64,000 bases of DNA from positions 480,001-544,000 of the forward strand of contig CAWBAT010000004.1 of the NCBI GenBank assembly GCA_963786955.1, written 5' to 3'. The translations under genes and the position numbers were made by a program. Every line of letters starts with the position of its first letter. Positions within the stretch are counted from its first letter, which is position 1. The notes beneath the pieces were generated by a model. It did not search any database. It was not told the DNA's origin and worked only from the letters and a program-made list of their open reading frames with translations. Below, piece after piece: positions 59,430 to 64,000 of this stretch. This stretch comes from an uncultured Acidimicrobiia bacterium. Lineage in GTDB: Bacteria > Acidobacteriota > Terriglobia > Versatilivoradales > Versatilivoraceae.

Positions 59430-59523
59430 GTAGCTGGCTCCGCTGGGGCCAGCCGGGGTCAACGTCCCAGGCTACAACTAATTTTTGCAACATCGCACGA
59501 CAGGCGTGGACGCCTGTCGCCAC
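59430..59523. repeat. Cluster of three GTAG/GTGG REP-like hairpins
   Basis: Plus GTAG-CTGGCTCC..GGGCCAG; minus GTAG-CCTGGGAC..CCCCGG; minus GTGG-CGACAGGCGT-CC-ACGCCTGTCG. Confidence 0.6.
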
Positions 59524-59775
59524 ACAAGAGCCTCCGGGCCTTAGGATTGCACAGTAAAGATCTCCGCGATAAATCGTAGGGACTCGCGAAGACCTTATCC
59601 CTTCCAATCGTCTAACTAAGTTTCATCCTCTCTCCTAGTCAAATTGCATCGCTGCAGGCAATTCCGCTAATCCGTGATATTCTTTCTAGCTATTGGTCCT
59701 GGCTGAACAGTCATTGAAATTATTGGGCCCAGTCACTGGAATCTCTGCTCCTCTGTCTGATCGCGAGACACACTC

Positions 59776-61569
59776 ATGGCCGGTCTTCAAAACCTCAGAC
59801 AATTTCTAGACCTCCTTCGCAAAGAGCGAGATGTTGTCTCCATCAGCGCCGAGGTCGATCCTTACCTCGAAATTGCTGAAATTCATCGCCGGGTAATAGA
59901 GCAAAGTGGACCTGCGCTGCTGTTTGAGCGCGTCAAAGGAAGCCCGTTCCCGGTGGTGACTAATCTTTTTGGAACGCCAAAGCGGATTGAGCTAGCCTTT
60001 GGAAGGCGGCCGCTAGAATTAATAAAACAGGTTGTCCACCTAGCCGAAACAATCTTACCCCCTTCTCTGTCGAAGTTATGGAAAAACAAAAACTTAGCCT
60101 TGGAAGCCCTTAAACTGGGTACTCGAAGCGTTCGGCAAGCTCCGGTCTTGGAAATCTGCCAATCCCCTATAGACCTCAATGCGCTTCCCATCCTCACAAC
60201 CTGGTCGCTCGACGGAGGCCCATTCATCACGCTGCCGCTTGTCTATACGGAACACCCCGGTGATAAACGACATAATCTTGGCATGTATCGCCTGCAGCGC
60301 CATGACGCCACTTCGACCGGGATGCATTGGCAAATTGGGAAAGGGGGTGGTTTTCATTACGCCGCCGCAGAACAACTCAATCAACCCCTACCCGTGAGTG
60401 TCTATCTCGGAGGTCCTCCATCTCTCATTCTGGCGGCCATTACTCCACTTCCGGAAAACGTGGGAGAATTGGTTATAGCCTCTCTCCTGGCCGGAGGACG
60501 GCTGCCGATGACCCGGACGAAGCAACACCCTCATCCTTTCCCAGCTGAAGCAGAGTTCGTTTTGCAGGGATTCGTGCCCCCGCGGCTGCGGTTGCCGGAG
60601 GGACCTTTTGGGGATCATTACGGTTACTATTCCTTAAAACACGACTACCCGGTTTTTGACATCCAGCACCTCTATCATCGCAGGGATGCGATTTATCCGG
60701 CCACAGTTGTCGGGAAACCCCGGCAAGAGGATTTCTTCATTGGAGACTACTTGCAAGAACTTCTGAGCCCGCTGTTTCCACTCGTCATGCCCGGACTCAG
60801 AGATTTGTGGAGCTATGGAGAAACAGGGTTTCATTCATTGGCTGCAGCCGTAGTCAAGGAACGCTACGGCAGAGAAGCCATGGCCTCCTGTTTTCGTATC
60901 CTTGGAGAAGGGCAACTCTCACTCACTAAATTTCTGATGGCCACGGATACTGCCATGGACCTCAAAATCTTCCCGAAAGTCCTCAGCCATATTCTTGAGA
61001 GAGTCCATTGGGAAACCGATTTCTTTATTTTTGCAAACTTGTCTATGGATACCTTGGACTACTGTGGACCGGAAATCAACCAAGGCAGCAAGGCAATCTT
61101 ATTGGGCCTGGGTGAGGCGATTCGCAGTCTGCCAGCACATTTCCAGGGACCCCTTCCTCCCGGCGCAGGAGACGTTCGGGTATTTTGTCCCGGTTGCCTG
61201 GTTGTCCAAGGCTTGGGATATTCTGCGGATCCAAAGCAGGCGGAGCGAATCGCTCGGTGGGAGGGATTTCAAGACTGGCAGCTCGTCATTCTTTCAGATC
61301 AAGTAGAAATCGCCGATAGTCCCGCTTTGTTCCTTTGGTCGGTTTTTACACAATTTGAGCCTGCTGCTGATATTTATGCCGCTCAAACTCAGGTTCGACG
61401 CCACCACCTTTGTTATCAAAGCCCGATTGTCATAGACGCACGCCGCAAGCCCACATACCCGGCAGAACTCGAAAGTGATCCTGACATTGGCAGACAAGTG
61501 GAAAGACGCTGGAAAGAATATTTTCCTGGCGATCGGTTAGCGTTTTCCGAGCACCGCCCGAGATCTTAG
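59776..61569 (+). CDS. UbiD-family prFMN decarboxylase (long form, likely futalosine-pathway menaquinone type)
   Basis: GPALLFE, NLFGT, DGGPFITLP, NLGMYR, EGPFGDHYGYY, GKPRQED. Confidence 0.88.
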   Translation: MAGLQNLRQFLDLLRKERDVVSISAEVDPYLEIAEIHRRVIEQSGPALLFERVKGSPFPVVTNLFGTPKRIELAFGRRPLELIKQVVHLAETILPPSLSKLWKNKNLALEALKLGTRSVRQAPVLEICQSPIDLNALPILTTWSLDGGPFITLPLVYTEHPGDKRHNLGMYRLQRHDATSTGMHWQIGKGGGFHYAAAEQLNQPLPVSVYLGGPPSLILAAITPLPENVGELVIASLLAGGRLPMTRTKQHPHPFPAEAEFVLQGFVPPRLRLPEGPFGDHYGYYSLKHDYPVFDIQHLYHRRDAIYPATVVGKPRQEDFFIGDYLQELLSPLFPLVMPGLRDLWSYGETGFHSLAAAVVKERYGREAMASCFRILGEGQLSLTKFLMATDTAMDLKIFPKVLSHILERVHWETDFFIFANLSMDTLDYCGPEINQGSKAILLGLGEAIRSLPAHFQGPLPPGAGDVRVFCPGCLVVQGLGYSADPKQAERIARWEGFQDWQLVILSDQVEIADSPALFLWSVFTQFEPAADIYAAQTQVRRHHLCYQSPIVIDARRKPTYPAELESDPDIGRQVERRWKEYFPGDRLAFSEHRPRS

Positions 61570-61573
61570 TCCG

Positions 61574-63316
61574 ATGCCCGTCGCAGCCTTCGAATCCTTC
61601 AATCGTGAGAAACCGGGGTGGACAGCCTATTTCGACTCTCCCCTGGCAGTTTACCAGGCAAATAGCCTCCAGGATGTGATTCCCGTACTGAAGCGAGCTG
61701 AGGAGGCCGCCCGCAAGCAACAATGGGCAGTGGTCCTGATCAGCTACGAAGCCTCCCCTATCTTCGACCCAGCCATGAGAGTCCACCCTCCAGGACGCTT
61801 TCCTCTGGTCTGGGTGGCAACCTTTGACCGGGTTGCAATGCCCCCCCCAGAGCCTGGGCCTTCCAAGAAGCGTTTCGAACCACTCGGATGGAATCCAATC
61901 ATTTCACGACAAGCCTACACTGCAGCCATCGCGAGAATCAGAGACTATATTTCACAGGGTGATACCTACCAGGTTAATTACACTTTTCCTCTTAGTGCGA
62001 AATTTCAAGGGGACAGCTGGGAATGGTATCGCCGGCTGGGTACAAATCAAGGCGCTGGGTATAGCGCTTATCTCGATTGCGGCCCATTTCAAGTCCTATC
62101 TTTCTCTCCGGAACTCTTTTTTGAAAGGCAGGGAACCCGTTTGCAGACTCGTCCAATGAAAGGAACCCTCGCACGCGGACGCTGGCTGGAAGAGGATGAA
62201 TCCCAGATTCAGCAATTGAAATCTTCCGCAAAAAACCGGGCCGAAAACATCATGATTGTCGACCTATTGAGGAACGATCTTGGGAAGATTTCGGACCTTG
62301 GAAGCGTTTGCGTGACCGAACTCTGCCAGGTAGAGAGCTATGAAACGTTGTTGCAAATGACGTCTACCATTGAGTCGACGATCCCAGCGACTACCACTCT
62401 ATTAGATTTGATGAGTGCTTTGTTCCCTTGTGGATCAGTCACCGGTGCCCCGAAAATTAGGACTATGGAGATCATTCGCGAACTGGAACCGGACCCACGA
62501 TTCATCTACACGGGGACGATGGGGTTCGTTCGTCCAGGAGGCGATTGTGTGTTTAACGTGGCCATACGTACCTTGTGGCTCGAGAAGGAGACCGGAGAAA
62601 CACGAATGGGGGTCGGCGGAGGAATCACAATCGATTCCTCTCCCGAGGATGAATATGCCGAGTGTCTGCTCAAATCGCAGTTCCTCAATCGCCAGCAGCC
62701 CGAATTTGAGCTCCTTGAATCCCTTTTACTGGAAAGTGGACAATATTTTCTGCTTTCTAGTCATTTGCTCCGGATGCAAAAGTCAGCTCGCTATTTTGGG
62801 TTTGCCTGGAAGGAATCCGTCGTGATGAACGCATTGGAGCGCATCAAAACGGATCACCTGGAAGGCAACTGGAAGGTTCGCCTGTTGTTGGCAAGAAATG
62901 GTATGATTCGAACCGAGATTTCCCCCCTTCCCTCAACTGCCCCTTCTCCTCTTGTAGTGGCTTTGGCGCCTCTGCCCGTTGATTCCAGAGACCCTTTTTT
63001 GTTCAACAAGACGACTCATCGAGAAATTTATGAATCACAATTGGCTGCCCGACCGGATTGTGACGACTTGATATTTTGGAACGAACGAGGAGAGGCCTGC
63101 GAGTCTAGTATCGCGAATATAGTCTTGGAGACCGCTGGGCTAAAATGGACTCCTCCAAGAAGATCCGGCCTCTTAGCAGGCACTTTTCGGGACGAGTTGA
63201 TCCAACAAGGCAAAATCCAGGAACGTGTCATCCCGAAAGCTGAGTTAGCCGCCGCTGGCAATTTCTACCTGATCAACTCTGTCCGAAAATGGATTCCCGC
63301 CCAACTGGTGATTTGA
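61574..63316 (+). CDS. pabB: Aminodeoxychorismate synthase component I fused to a class IV aminotransferase/ADC-lyase-like domain
   Basis: GDTYQVN, SPELFF, RPMKGT, AENIMIVDLLRND, GAPKIR, GGGIT; C-terminal KTTHR, GLLAGTFR, NSVR. Confidence 0.9.
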   Translation: MPVAAFESFNREKPGWTAYFDSPLAVYQANSLQDVIPVLKRAEEAARKQQWAVVLISYEASPIFDPAMRVHPPGRFPLVWVATFDRVAMPPPEPGPSKKRFEPLGWNPIISRQAYTAAIARIRDYISQGDTYQVNYTFPLSAKFQGDSWEWYRRLGTNQGAGYSAYLDCGPFQVLSFSPELFFERQGTRLQTRPMKGTLARGRWLEEDESQIQQLKSSAKNRAENIMIVDLLRNDLGKISDLGSVCVTELCQVESYETLLQMTSTIESTIPATTTLLDLMSALFPCGSVTGAPKIRTMEIIRELEPDPRFIYTGTMGFVRPGGDCVFNVAIRTLWLEKETGETRMGVGGGITIDSSPEDEYAECLLKSQFLNRQQPEFELLESLLLESGQYFLLSSHLLRMQKSARYFGFAWKESVVMNALERIKTDHLEGNWKVRLLLARNGMIRTEISPLPSTAPSPLVVALAPLPVDSRDPFLFNKTTHREIYESQLAARPDCDDLIFWNERGEACESSIANIVLETAGLKWTPPRRSGLLAGTFRDELIQQGKIQERVIPKAELAAAGNFYLINSVRKWIPAQLVI

Positions 63317-63592
63317 TATTTTCCGAGCCGCCGTTAGAATTTACAGGGTCATGCTCAGGGATGTGAGTTTCGTCCAGAGGATACCCCTCAAAGGCACCCT
63401 AATGCTAACGACATGAAACCCGAAAAATTCCCTAGACCTGAAGCGTAAATACTGATAGCTTTTGGAGTTATTGTTTGGCTTCCTCGTTGACATTGAGGCT
63501 TCTTACTGAAAATTTAGGGTTTAACGACTGCGGGCGACTTTGACGATAAAATGACCTTAACGCCCTTGGTTTTTCATTAGCGGAGGAAATTC

Positions 63593-64000
63593 ATGTATAC
63601 GGACCACATGTTCCAGAACAAGGACAATAAAGCTGTCCGGGGATTATGGTCAGGTTCCGCAATTGTTTCTCGTTTAGCTGATTTGAGTTGGAAAGCGTTC
63701 CAGGCCGTAAACCGCCGCTTGCCTGAGGGCGAGCTTCCAACTCCTAAGTGGGCGCCAGGAAAGATGTTAAAGAGTCATGAACGGTCCGCTCCAACCCTTG
63801 GATTTCCTCGCTCGACGGATTCCCTTTGTCCCAAATGCGTGCCTGAAGTAAGAAGCGCCATCATCCGGGGAGAAACTGAAATTTCCTCACTGGTGAACGA
63901 AAATCCAGGAGAAATCAAAGCTCAAATTGTCGAAGAGGGTGGACGCGTCTTGATGAGGAAAGTTTGTGAAAAGCACGGCCCCTTTGAAGACGTCTTATCA
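63593..64000 (+). CDS. Radical SAM protein, N-terminus resembling tetraether lipid synthase (Tes) homologs (runs off the window edge; not in ORF track)
   Basis: GGAGG RBS; manual translation ...LGFPRSTDSLCPKCV...EIKAQIVEEGGRVLMRKVCEKHGPFEDVLS gives the CxxC...CxxH metal-binding N-domain. Confidence 0.6.
   Translation, partial: MYTDHMFQNKDNKAVRGLWSGSAIVSRLADLSWKAFQAVNRRLPEGELPTPKWAPGKMLKSHERSAPTLGFPRSTDSLCPKCVPEVRSAIIRGETEISSLVNENPGEIKAQIVEEGGRVLMRKVCEKHGPFEDVLS

Noticed and set aside
1-64000. CRISPR array, tRNA, rRNA, prophage or integrase
   Set aside because: No regularly spaced repeats, cloverleaf motifs in intergenic DNA, or phage/integrase genes were recognised; the many short overlapping ORFs in the track are shadows of the called genes

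Overview
Gene-dense chromosomal window of about 50% GC, most likely from an Acidobacteriota bacterium (three Acidobacteria-type VWA proteins, a GGG-rich TonB, and a SpoIVB/S55 peptidase paired with a beta-propeller gene). Positions 1.2-21.6 kb hold a type IV pilin and glycosylation island: asnB-like amidotransferase, two GT4, a WecA/MraY-like enzyme, GT2, a methyltransferase, a TMTC-like GT-C+TPR, an O-antigen-ligase/OTase-like protein, three pilins (two nearly identical) behind a sigma54-type promoter, a Myxococcus pilH/pilI/pilG-like ABC module, and convergent ArnT/PMT-like and YfhO-like GT-C genes. The rest is mostly housekeeping (recA, hbd, thiolase, ileS-lspA-lgt-rluD, trmL, mobA, trxA, mutY, uxaA-like, dppBC-like, M23, mazEF, ubiD-like, pabB-pabC fusion). 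It also contains small non-coding mobile-like structures: GTAG/GTGG REP-like hairpins, a 125-bp MITE-like element wrapping a REP doublet, and a decayed GxxExxY nuclease gene framed by 30-bp inverted repeats. The window starts inside a CBM9/DOMON-like gene and ends inside a radical SAM gene resembling tetraether lipid synthase (Tes) homologs. I saw no rRNA, tRNA or CRISPR array. All calls come from motif recognition by eye; no database searches were run.
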